Source of the DNA: an uncultured Bacteroidales bacterium
GTDB lineage: Bacteria; Bacteroidota; Bacteroidia; Bacteroidales; VadinHA17
Length of the DNA: 64,000 bases
Direction: 5' to 3'
NCBI GenBank assembly: GCA_963782945.1
Contig: CAWALO010000021.1
Coordinates: 75,156 to 139,155, forward strand
Part shown: piece after piece, positions 20,441-28,804 of the stretch
How the letters are laid out: every line of letters begins with the position of its first letter
Numbering within the stretch: the first letter of the stretch is position 1
Notes under the pieces: generated by a model
What the model was told of the DNA's origin: nothing
The model's input: only the letters and a program-made list of their open reading frames with translations
Databases searched by the model: none
Translations under genes and position numbers: made by a program

Positions 20441-20500
20441 CTCTGCGAGTTATTTATAATTATGAAATCAATTTTGAAGATATTAAGGTATTTTATTATG

Positions 20501-20512
20501 TTAATCGATTAA
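20501..20512. promoter_or_regulatory. Candidate LacI-family operator (perfect 12-bp palindrome TTAATCGATTAA) upstream of the SusC/D operon
   Basis: Read directly in the 94-nt spacer between the lacI stop (20535) and the operon start (20440). CG-centred palindromes are the usual LacI-family operator architecture. A near-identical copy lies at 21625..21636. Confidence 0.5.
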
Positions 20513-20534
20513 GCACCCTTCAAAAAAAACTCTT

Positions 20535-21542
20535 TCAGGAGGAGTCCCTGACAATAAGAGTGGGGTCAAGTATTACATGGCTGGTTTTACTTGATCCGTT
20601 TATCAGATCCAGTAATACCCGGAATGCCTCCTTCCCCATCTCCTCAAGAGGCTGTTTCACATATGTCAGTGGGGAATGGTAGAGATCAAAACAATCACCT
20701 CCGTCAAATCCAACAAAGGCTACATCATCAGGGATCATAATATTGCATCTCTTTGCACATACCAGACCGTGGACTGAAAGAGCGTTCGTGGCACAAATTA
20801 CTGCCTCAGTGTTCTTGTCCTGACCTAACAGTTCGCTAAATACATTTTCCATATCTTTTTGGGAATGCTCCAATCGGATCTCCCTGACACAACAGTTTTC
20901 TTTATTTTCAAGCATGCTCATTGCCTCGGTATAACCTCTGATTCTTTCCCTCATATGAATTAAAGACGACTTGTAAGCGATGAGGGCAATCTTCCTGTAC
21001 CCCTTTTCATATAAGTGATGTGTTGCATCAATAGTGGCCTGGTAATTATCAAGAACTATATAACTGGCATTAATTTCAGGGAAGTAACGATCGAGAAAAA
21101 CAACCGGGAATTTCTTTTTTATAAGATTACGCATCTGATCACTGGTCCCCTCTGCAGGAACTATTATGATCCCGTCAACCTGCCTGTTCAGCAGTGTATT
21201 TATTAAAGCCTCGGATTTAAAATCATCCTCATCCGAACTGCCAAAGACTACGGTATATCCAAAATTATTGGCTTCATCTTCAATGATCCTTGCCAGATGT
21301 CCGAAAAAGGGATTGGCAATATCAGCGACTATAAGACCAATTGTCTTTGTTGATCCTGTTCTCAGGCTACGGGCAATCTGATTTGGCTGGTAGTTTAATT
21401 CCTCCGCTGCTTTCCTGATCTTCTTGACAACTTCAGCTCCCACCCTTTTCTTCTTTTCCTGGCCGTTCATAACATAAGATACCAGGGCAATTGAAACCCC
21501 TACCTTATTTGCAATATCCTTCAGGGATATCCTTTTATCCAT
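20535..21542 (-). CDS. LacI-family transcriptional regulator
   Basis: 335 aa. N-terminal HTH is ISLKDIANKVGVSIALVSYVMNG, followed by a periplasmic-binding-protein-like sugar-binding core. Confidence 0.9.
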   Translation of the reverse strand: MDKRISLKDIANKVGVSIALVSYVMNGQEKKKRVGAEVVKKIRKAAEELNYQPNQIARSLRTGSTKTIGLIVADIANPFFGHLARIIEDEANNFGYTVVFGSSDEDDFKSEALINTLLNRQVDGIIIVPAEGTSDQMRNLIKKKFPVVFLDRYFPEINASYIVLDNYQATIDATHHLYEKGYRKIALIAYKSSLIHMRERIRGYTEAMSMLENKENCCVREIRLEHSQKDMENVFSELLGQDKNTEAVICATNALSVHGLVCAKRCNIMIPDDVAFVGFDGGDCFDLYHSPLTYVKQPLEEMGKEAFRVLLDLINGSSKTSHVILDPTLIVRDSS

Positions 21543-21624
21543 ATATCACAGAAATAAATGTGCAGAACTTGTGTTGCCGGATTATAAACATGAATCGGAG
21601 AAAAAATATAAAACTAAGATATGC

Positions 21625-21636
21625 TTAATCGTTTAA
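21625..21636. promoter_or_regulatory. Second candidate LacI-family operator (TTAATCGTTTAA) upstream of the lacI-family gene
   Basis: About 85 nt upstream of the regulator ATG (21542). With flanks it reads TGCTTAATCGTTTAA. The first site, read on the minus strand, gives TGCTTAATCGATTAA (14 of 15 identical). Confidence 0.45.
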
Positions 21637-21700
21637 TTAAACAAATATTAAATCATTCTTTTTTCAACAGGTGTTAGCTATACCTCATCCCCCGGCCCCT

Positions 21701-22213
21701 TAGCCGTCAACTTAAGGAGTCTGAAAAAGGTTTTATAGGGATGATAGGTAAAGGCAAAAGGATTTTAATGTTGAAATTAAGTTAGTTCATGATATTCTCC
21801 CCTCCTTTTGAAGCTAATCTTCCATCACATTTATTTAGGTTCTGAAAATGCAGAGTATAATACACTGTAAAACAATAATGTAAGACTATCGTATAATAAG
21901 ATAGAGATTCCTCGCTGCGCTCGGAATGACAGTTCATTTTTAGGGGAGGGGAGGGAGAAGCGGCGATTCGTCACAAATAGAATTTCAAAAAAAATATCGT
22001 TCGAATCGCCGCATCTCCCTCTCTAACTATATATTAGCTTGTCATTCCGAGCACAGCGAGGAATCTTATGCACTATTCACAATTTCTCTGAAAATTGATT
22101 CACTGGTATACAGTTTATCCAGGAGGAAAGATGTGAATAAAGAGTAGCTTCAAAAGGAGGGGAGACTTTTGCTAATCTCCGTATTTACAATTTTCCTCTT
22201 AAGTTGACGGCTA
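21701..22213. repeat. Four-level nested inverted repeat (about 513 bp)
   Basis: Arm pairs read by eye. P1 is 21701..21716 / 22198..22213 (16 bp, perfect). P2 is 21796..21816 / 22145..22165 (21 bp, perfect). P3 is 21905..21931 / 22040..22066 (27 bp, 1 mismatch). P4 is 21953..21970 / 22002..22019 (18 bp, 1 mismatch). Spacers between the arm islands are not complementary and differ in length. Confidence 0.85.
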
Positions 22214-22249
22214 TCCCTCCTACTCCTTCCAAGGGAGGAGAATCATGAA

Positions 22250-23314
22250 TTAAGCAGGGGTCATCCATACAAGCTGATCATTAATATTATCGCTCAGCTT
22301 GTATGATCTCTTATGATTGCTTATTGATTCTCCGATAATTTCAATTTTATTAAGGTCAGCAACTCCTCTTCCAGCATTCGCGCAATAGTTAAGATATCCG
22401 ATTTTGGCAAAATCAATTCCCATCAGTTCAACAGCGACACGGTCTGCTGCCAGCCAGTCGGTGCCCGCCACACATACCCTGTGATCAACAGGTGTTCCGG
22501 CATTTGGACCATTGCCTTCCATACCTTCAAATCCGTCAATAAGTGCAAGATGCGGATGCAACTGCTGTGACAAAGCAAAGAGGTTATAATTGATCCCCCT
22601 GAAACCGCTTCCATGTCCAATAGGTTTGTCATTTACAGAACCCGGCTTTCTGGAGGAAGTCCAGCTGAATCCCTTATCCTTGACCGGCGCTCCGAATACA
22701 ATGTTCTTAAGCGATAATGTAGCCAGCACACGATCATGAGTTTTCATTCTGGCAACTGATACTATATAGGAATCCGGATCAAGGAGAAGACCTGACATCC
22801 TGATCGGATGGGGTCTGAAATCCTTCTCGTCAAAAACGTAAAGGGTTTCATAAGGTTCCTGATCCAGATCTACCAATTTGAGATGGTATTTTGAAACCAG
22901 CCTGAAGTATCCATAGTTGCTGAAGCCGTCAAATGTTGGCCCGCTGGCGGCTGATTCAGCAATAATGACATTATTATCCTTCTTTATTGATTTCAGAAAT
23001 TCCAGAACACCCTCAAGGGTATCAACATGAGTGGCGGCCAGCTGCACATCGGTCAGAACATTATTAGGCTTAAGCACCACACGGCGGTTGCCGATAGCTC
23101 CAGCTATTTGTTCAGAGAAGGGTTTGAGGGCACGAAAAGCAAGATCCGCCCTGTTATCACCTGAAGTTATAGCAACACCTGCGCTGTATTGTTCGGGCTG
23201 CAATAAAGAATCCAGGATATCAAAAGGTTTAATACAGGTTGCTGCGAATCCTCCTAAAACGGAGGTTTTCAAAAAATTACGCCGGCTGTAACTATTCATT
23301 AATGTAATTCTCAT
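22250..23314 (-). CDS. DUF362-domain protein with Tat leader
   Basis: 354 aa. Leader is NSYSRRNFLKTSVLGGFAATC. VVLKPNNV and ARMKTHDRVLATLSLKNIVFG resemble the PF04015 (DUF362) pattern. Confidence 0.65.
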   Translation of the reverse strand: MRITLMNSYSRRNFLKTSVLGGFAATCIKPFDILDSLLQPEQYSAGVAITSGDNRADLAFRALKPFSEQIAGAIGNRRVVLKPNNVLTDVQLAATHVDTLEGVLEFLKSIKKDNNVIIAESAASGPTFDGFSNYGYFRLVSKYHLKLVDLDQEPYETLYVFDEKDFRPHPIRMSGLLLDPDSYIVSVARMKTHDRVLATLSLKNIVFGAPVKDKGFSWTSSRKPGSVNDKPIGHGSGFRGINYNLFALSQQLHPHLALIDGFEGMEGNGPNAGTPVDHRVCVAGTDWLAADRVAVELMGIDFAKIGYLNYCANAGRGVADLNKIEIIGESISNHKRSYKLSDNINDQLVWMTPA

Positions 23315-23338
23315 TAAAGTGCGACAAACAACTGAACC

Positions 23339-24688
23339 TTATGCCAGAGAATCCCTGTTCTCATAGATCTTGGCAACGGCATTTACAATATCATCCATAT
23401 CGCTCTTGCTTCCCAGCAGAATGCTTTGGTATAAGCCTACAGCTTCATCGCACACCTTGTCATTTCCGGGAAGGATGTTTTCCTCGCGCCACTGTTTCAG
23501 CCGTGCCTCAGGGAATAATCTCTTATACCCTCTTGAGTTGAAGGCCTCCTCGAACAAGAGATCCTTATTCTGCTTCCCGTAGCCGGGAGATGCTGGAATT
23601 CCTTCAGCGTTCAGTGCCTCAATAAATTTTTCCTTAGGGATATTGTTGAATTTCTCCTTTTCATATCTGAAAGGATACAAATGATATACACCTCTCGTTG
23701 CCCCATTTGCAAGCCTGCTGGGAACAATCCCAGGTATCTTCTTAAGCTTCTCGGTGAGATAAAGCGCGTTTGAGAGTCTGATATCATTGTCTTTCTCAAT
23801 TCGTTTCATCTGGGATAAAAGGATCAGCGCCTGTGATTGCTGCATCCTGAAGTTACCTCCGCGGTAGGGATGACCAGTCACTGGTTTCATATTTCCAAAT
23901 GCCCTTCCGCAGTTATGATATGAATGACAACGGTCAAGCAGGTCACCATCCATCCCCAGGATTGCTCCACCTTCACCTGAGGGAAGGTGTTTTGAATTCT
24001 GAAAGCTGAAGCAACCCAGATCCCCAAGTGAGCCAACCCTTTTACCCTTGTATTCTGCCAGCCAGGCCTGGCACGCATCTTCCACAACCTTAAGTTTATG
24101 AGCTTTCGCCACTTTATTGACACTGTCCATGTCTACCGGAAGACCATAAATATGAACCGGAAGCAGAGCAACAGTCCTGTCGGTTATCCTCGATTCAATT
24201 TTTGATGGATCCATAAGGAAAGTGTCGGGATCAGTGTCGACAAATACAGGAAGGGCTTTGTGAAAAAAGATCGCATTATATGTTGCAATAAAAGTATACG
24301 GGGAAACCAATACCTCATCACCTGCATCAACACCAAGTGTACCAAGGGCAGTTATGAGTGCCGTTGTTCCGCTGGAAGTAGCCACGCACTGTCTGGCACC
24401 CATCAGAGCTGCATATTTCTTCTCAAATTCCTCAACATGTTCCCCGCTTCCTCTCCACCATCTTCCCGTGCGCAGCATTTCAATTATTTCCGGCTCGGCT
24501 GTCTGATCCCATACAGGCCATTCAGGCCAGGTCCCTTTATGAACCTTTTCTCCGCCCATAATTGCAAGCTTTTCCTTGCTGAAGGAACCAATCCCAAACG
24601 AGGATACTGGCCAGTTAATCATTGTCCCGATGGCTCCTGCCGTTGTGGTTGCAATAACCTGGCGACGGGTAAATTTTCTTGTTTTCAT
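23339..24688 (-). CDS. DegT/DnrJ/EryC1/StrS-family PLP-dependent aminotransferase with Tat leader
   Basis: 449 aa. Leader is MKTRKFTRRQVIATTTAGAIGTM. PLP-lysine context is GCFSFQNSKHLPSGEGGAI. Paralog of 59717..61117 and 61139..62503. Confidence 0.85.
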   Translation of the reverse strand: MKTRKFTRRQVIATTTAGAIGTMINWPVSSFGIGSFSKEKLAIMGGEKVHKGTWPEWPVWDQTAEPEIIEMLRTGRWWRGSGEHVEEFEKKYAALMGARQCVATSSGTTALITALGTLGVDAGDEVLVSPYTFIATYNAIFFHKALPVFVDTDPDTFLMDPSKIESRITDRTVALLPVHIYGLPVDMDSVNKVAKAHKLKVVEDACQAWLAEYKGKRVGSLGDLGCFSFQNSKHLPSGEGGAILGMDGDLLDRCHSYHNCGRAFGNMKPVTGHPYRGGNFRMQQSQALILLSQMKRIEKDNDIRLSNALYLTEKLKKIPGIVPSRLANGATRGVYHLYPFRYEKEKFNNIPKEKFIEALNAEGIPASPGYGKQNKDLLFEEAFNSRGYKRLFPEARLKQWREENILPGNDKVCDEAVGLYQSILLGSKSDMDDIVNAVAKIYENRDSLA

Positions 24689-24752
24689 TGCTATTTAATT
24701 AATAAAGTTACATTTCAATGAATGAATATCAAAGATCCAGGAAAGTGATAAC

Positions 24753-24760
24753 CAAATTTA
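24753..24760 (-). promoter_or_regulatory. Candidate Bacteroidota-type -7 promoter box (TAAATTTG) upstream of the DegT gene
   Basis: The minus strand reads TAAATTTG, an exact match to the published Bacteroides TAnnTTTG -7 consensus. It is ~65 nt upstream of ATG 24688. I found no convincing -33 TTTG partner. Confidence 0.3.
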
Positions 24761-24826
24761 GTTATTATGCTCAATAAAATTAAAATCAATGTGCTAAAGT
24801 TTGTTAAATAAACTTATTAAACCCGA

Positions 24827-24850
24827 AGGGACGTTGCATGCAACGTCCCT
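24827..24850 (-). terminator. Perfect 24-nt palindrome agggacgttgcatgcaacgtccct at the stop of the DUF1338 gene
   Basis: Read directly. It overlaps the stop codon (24849..24851) by 2 nt. It shares the 14-nt core cgttgcatgcaacg with 29538..29557. Confidence 0.6.
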
Positions 24851-25661
24851 ACGCATCCTTGGAATAGAAATCTGTGCTTTCGAAGATCTTATCGGCAGAA
24901 CTGGCAATGAACCCGCTAAAAAGTTTCCCGTCGGATCGCGGATACCTCTGAGCAAACTCATAATAGCATGAGGGAATATCAAATGAGCCTTCAATGAAAT
25001 TTACACTGACAATATCTGCCATTGTACTTGATTGCTGAAGCAGATCTTCAGGTTTGCCTTTTATCTCACCGCCTGAACTGTTAAGAATAAAGCCATTTTT
25101 TTTGATCAGATCATTGACTTTATGAATATTGTTATTTTTCTTCAGGGAATTTATACTTACCGTAAAATGGTTTGCTCTGAATCCAAAAACGTAAAACCAG
25201 GCGGCGTATTCAGATTCCTCTCTCAGCCGGTTGTAGATATCAAAGGATAAAGGAATAAATAAAGTACCGGAAAATATCAGCTCTTCGGAAGAGAATATTC
25301 CAGGATCAGTTGCCATTATCAAACCATTGAAAGTTTCCTGAATAAAAGCGGAACATTCCTGTAAAATCAGCTGGCTGATAAATACCCTTGGTGCCCCGGC
25401 GTCAACCGGATTCTCAAAATGCCTGGCAAAAAGATGCTTGTCCCTGAAAACATATTCACCTTTTGGTACATATCCCGCAGAGGTAAAGGGCTTTGCCAGG
25501 ACATCAATATTCATTTCATTAATATCGAGTGTCCTGAAGGCAATATGGTCATTAACAAGCTCTTCACCTTCATTTATAAAAAGATCAGAGATCTGCTTAA
25601 CAGAAGGATTCTGTTCGGAATAATCCCTCCAAAGCCTGTCAAAAATGTATTTTAGTCCCAT
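24849..25661 (-). CDS. DUF1338 protein (HglS-type 2-oxoadipate dioxygenase/decarboxylase family)
   Basis: Motif VNDHIAFRT (H-x-A-x-R-T) and overall length fit DUF1338. I place the start at MGLKYIF (25661). The 23 extra codons of the track ORF (MFFRVPLPGGGRGG...) are encoded by a GC-rich hairpin word. Confidence 0.7.
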   Translation of the reverse strand: MGLKYIFDRLWRDYSEQNPSVKQISDLFINEGEELVNDHIAFRTLDINEMNIDVLAKPFTSAGYVPKGEYVFRDKHLFARHFENPVDAGAPRVFISQLILQECSAFIQETFNGLIMATDPGIFSSEELIFSGTLFIPLSFDIYNRLREESEYAAWFYVFGFRANHFTVSINSLKKNNNIHKVNDLIKKNGFILNSSGGEIKGKPEDLLQQSSTMADIVSVNFIEGSFDIPSCYYEFAQRYPRSDGKLFSGFIASSADKIFESTDFYSKDA

Positions 25662-25885
25662 ATCTATAGGTTTTTTACCTGAAAATAACCCACCCCTGCC
25701 CCCTCCAGGGAGGGGAACCCTAAAGAACATGTCTTTTCATAAACCGATAATTTCTCAGTTTTTATATCCTCTGATGCAATATATAAATTCATATTTAAAG
25801 TGAAGTATGTTTCTATTAGAAGTTATCGGAAGTGGTCAATATTTCCACAATAACCACTGTTCCTCAAAAGTTTCTCAAACCTGTA

Positions 25886-25966
25886 AGGCCGTAGGCCTCA
25901 GATAAGATAAGGCAGCGGCGAAGCCCTGCCTGAATAACCTCCAGTCTCTGCAAGCCCCGTAGGGGC
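25886..25966. repeat. Cluster of three short GC-rich hairpins
   Basis: aggccGTAggcct (25886..25898), aggcag-cggcgaagcc-ctgcct (25910..25931) and gccccGTAggggc (25954..25966). They lie in the divergent spacer between the DUF1338 and TolC genes. Confidence 0.6.
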
Positions 25967-26085
25967 GAAATACAAAATCTCCGGAATCATCCATAAGGTG
26001 TAATAATTTCACACACACTACTGTCTATTTTTTTTACATTAAAACCAACCACCGCATTTCTATACTGCTTATATATTGATACTTA

Positions 26086-26110
26086 CAATTTTGGCATGCT
26101 CTTTGGCATA
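26086..26110 (+). promoter_or_regulatory. Candidate promoter of the TolC/HlyD/ABC operon: either a sigma-54-like -24/-12 element or a Bacteroidota -7 box
   Basis: caatTTTGGCATGCTCTTTGGCATA. TGGCAT-N5-TTGG is one mismatch from TGGCAC-N5-TTGC, but the mismatch hits the conserved -12 C. Overlapping caatTTTG is 7/8 to TAnnTTTG. It lies 24-48 nt upstream of ATG 26134. A sigma-54 activator gene lies 100 nt beyond the operon end. Confidence 0.3.
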
Positions 26111-26133
26111 AAGGTATTAAACATTACCCGAAA

Positions 26134-27486
26134 ATGAAAAAGATCATTTGGATAACAATAATGCTCATGACCCTGGGATTTCAGGAAGTTTCATCTCAGG
26201 TGAAGCAATGGACTCTTGAGGATTGTATAAATTACGCCATCGCAAACAATATAGACCTGCAGCGGCAAAAGCTCCAGACAAAATCAGCAGAGGTCGATCT
26301 CGTAAAGTCCAGGATGGATATCGTGCCATCCCTGAATATGGGTTCTGACGCAAATCTCCAATTCGGGCGGTCTGTTAACCCGGTTGATTACAGTATTACT
26401 TTCGAGAAAAACTTCGGTAACCAATATTACTTAAACTCCAGCATGAACTTATTCACCGGATTTGTTACGATGAATACTATCGCAGCCAATAAGTTTATGG
26501 TTCAAGCCGGGCTGGAATCCGAAAAAATTGTCAGGAACAGGCTAATTGTCGATATTCTGGGTCAGTTCTACCAGATTCTGTACGCCAAAGGACTTGAGAA
26601 TGCTTCAAAAATGCAGCTCGATCTTTCTGAGAGGCAGCTTTTCAGAATCACCAAGATGGTAGAAACCGGAAAGGAAGCGCTTTCCCGGAAATTAGAAATT
26701 GAGAGCCGTGTTTCGGCTGACAGACTTTCCTATATAATCACACAGAATACTACCAGTCAAGCAATTACAACCATGAAGCAAATACTTCAGCTTCAACCTG
26801 GTTCTGACTTTGATATATTTTTGCCGGATCTTAATAATATCCTGATGCCAGACATCACATTTAATTCTGACAGTGTTTATGCCATTGCATCAGTAATACT
26901 TCCCCGTCTGAAAGAAATTAACTTTGAACTTAATGCAGCTAAAAAACAATATGCCGCATCAAAAGGATATATCTCTCCAAAATTATCGGCTCAGGGACAA
27001 GTATATACAGGATATTATAATGTCATTAGCGGGAATGACGTGGCACAGGATCCTTTTAAAACCCAGTTAAAGAACAATAATAGCCAGTATGTCAATCTTA
27101 CCCTCAGTATTCCCATATTTAACAATTACTCAACGGGAAGTAATATCAAAAAGGCAAAATTAAAAAGAGATGATACTGCCTTAAGGCTTGAACTTGAGAA
27201 GAATAATCTTTATTCGGAGATTGAAAACGCCTGTCTCAATTATAACAGGGGGAAAGGTGAGTTTGAAGCTTCACTTGCCAATTTAGAGTTCAACAGGAAA
27301 TCGTTCAATGCCGTTGAGAAAAAATTTGAATCAGGACTTGTTGATGTAACAGATTACACAGTGGCAAAAACCACCCTGTTTTCTGCGGAGACTGAGGCAT
27401 TAAGAACCAAACTTCAATTAATTGTCAGAAAGCTGGCTATCCAGCTCTACTCAACCGGCGAATACGAAAACCTAATAATGAACTAA
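26134..27486 (+). CDS. TolC-family outer-membrane efflux protein
   Basis: 450 aa with a signal peptide. LEDCINYAIANNIDLQ start and a two-repeat coiled-coil/beta layout typical of the OEP family. Confidence 0.85.
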   Translation: MKKIIWITIMLMTLGFQEVSSQVKQWTLEDCINYAIANNIDLQRQKLQTKSAEVDLVKSRMDIVPSLNMGSDANLQFGRSVNPVDYSITFEKNFGNQYYLNSSMNLFTGFVTMNTIAANKFMVQAGLESEKIVRNRLIVDILGQFYQILYAKGLENASKMQLDLSERQLFRITKMVETGKEALSRKLEIESRVSADRLSYIITQNTTSQAITTMKQILQLQPGSDFDIFLPDLNNILMPDITFNSDSVYAIASVILPRLKEINFELNAAKKQYAASKGYISPKLSAQGQVYTGYYNVISGNDVAQDPFKTQLKNNNSQYVNLTLSIPIFNNYSTGSNIKKAKLKRDDTALRLELEKNNLYSEIENACLNYNRGKGEFEASLANLEFNRKSFNAVEKKFESGLVDVTDYTVAKTTLFSAETEALRTKLQLIVRKLAIQLYSTGEYENLIMN

Positions 27487-27505
27487 ATCAATAAAAACAA
27501 TTAAA

Positions 27506-28786
27506 ATGGATACTCCCCGTGAAACAATGGATAAATTGATCCCGAAGAAAAAAGGCCTTCAGAAGAAGCACCTGGGATATATAGGAATTGGCATAGCAAT
27601 GATAGTACTTATTTACATGGCTTTCTTTGCAGACCGCACATCAACATACAAAGTTGAAAAAGACAAACTTATCATTGAAACCGTCACCGAAGATCAGTTC
27701 AATGATTACATAACAGTTCCCGGCACAGTTGAACCAATCAGCACGATCTTCCTTGATGCACAGGAAGGCGGACGTGTAGAGGAAAAAGTTATAGAAGAAG
27801 GGTCCATGGTGAAAAAAGGAGATATTATCCTGAAGCTTTCCAACCCTGACCTTCACCTCAATATTCTCGACAGCGAGGCACAGCTTGCAGAGAAAGAAAA
27901 CTTCCTCCGGAATACCCTGACAAATATGGAGCAGCAAAGACTCGAGATTAAAAGAGGGCTTGTCAATATCAAATATGAAATTGCAAGGAAGGAGAGGAAC
28001 TATCAGCAGAATGTCATACTTATGGAAGATAATCTTATTTCGAGAGAAGAATTCATTCGCTCAAAAGAGGATCTGGATATGGCCATTCAATCAAAAGATC
28101 TCTATGTTGAGCGCCAGAAACAGGACTCACTTTTCTATTCAACCAACATAAACAGCATGCAAGCCAATCTGGCGAATATGCGTAAAAACCTGCAGCTTGT
28201 GAGGGAAAGGGCTGAGAATCTGAATGTAAGGGCTCCTGTTGATGGTCAGCTCGGCCTGTTGGTCCCGGAGATCGGACAATCTATACAGAGGGGAGCAAAC
28301 ATGGGCCAGATAAATGTGCTCACATCATATAAAGTTACTGCTCAGATTGACGAACACTATATCGACAGGGTAAGAACCCAGCTGACAGCAACACTTGACA
28401 GACAGGGGAGTGAATTTAACCTTGTCGTGAGAAGGGTTTACCCTGAAGTAAGGAACGGAACCTTTAAGATTGATATGATTTTCAGGGATACAATGCCGGA
28501 TAATATCAGAACAGGGCAAACCTATTACACCAGCCTGCAACTCGGACAACCAAAAGTATCAGTTCTTGTACCGATAGGCGGGTTCTTTCAGGAGACAGGC
28601 GGCCAGTGGATATTCGTACTTGATCCGACGGAATCCTTTGCAACAAAACGCGACATATCAATCGGCAGAAAGAACCCAAGATACTATGAAGTCCTTGAAG
28701 GACTCAAACCCGGGGAGAAGGTCATAGTATCCGGTTATGAAACTTTCGGCAAAAATGAAAAGCTCATTCTTAAAAAATCTAAATAA
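27506..28786 (+). CDS. HlyD/MacA-type periplasmic adaptor (membrane fusion protein)
   Basis: 426 aa. Single N-terminal TM, lipoyl-like GDIILKLSNPDL, a long coiled-coil, then a beta-barrel. Confidence 0.8.
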   Translation: MDTPRETMDKLIPKKKGLQKKHLGYIGIGIAMIVLIYMAFFADRTSTYKVEKDKLIIETVTEDQFNDYITVPGTVEPISTIFLDAQEGGRVEEKVIEEGSMVKKGDIILKLSNPDLHLNILDSEAQLAEKENFLRNTLTNMEQQRLEIKRGLVNIKYEIARKERNYQQNVILMEDNLISREEFIRSKEDLDMAIQSKDLYVERQKQDSLFYSTNINSMQANLANMRKNLQLVRERAENLNVRAPVDGQLGLLVPEIGQSIQRGANMGQINVLTSYKVTAQIDEHYIDRVRTQLTATLDRQGSEFNLVVRRVYPEVRNGTFKIDMIFRDTMPDNIRTGQTYYTSLQLGQPKVSVLVPIGGFFQETGGQWIFVLDPTESFATKRDISIGRKNPRYYEVLEGLKPGEKVIVSGYETFGKNEKLILKKSK

Positions 28787-28804
28787 CTATTAATAACAAG
28801 AGTC

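Noticed and set aside
21701-22213. Nested inverted repeat read as a classical MITE or IS remnant
   Set aside because: I saw no target-site duplication flanking the outer arms and no transposase remnant inside. The idea is not excluded but is unsupported, so I reported it as an unexplained structure instead.
25662-25730. N-terminal extension MFFRVPLPGGGRGGLFSGKKPID of the DUF1338 ORF
   Set aside because: It is encoded by a GC-rich hairpin word (cccctccagggagggg). Similar ccctcc/ggaggg words occur non-codingly at 22214..22240 and 59615..59660. The conserved protein begins at MGLKYIF.
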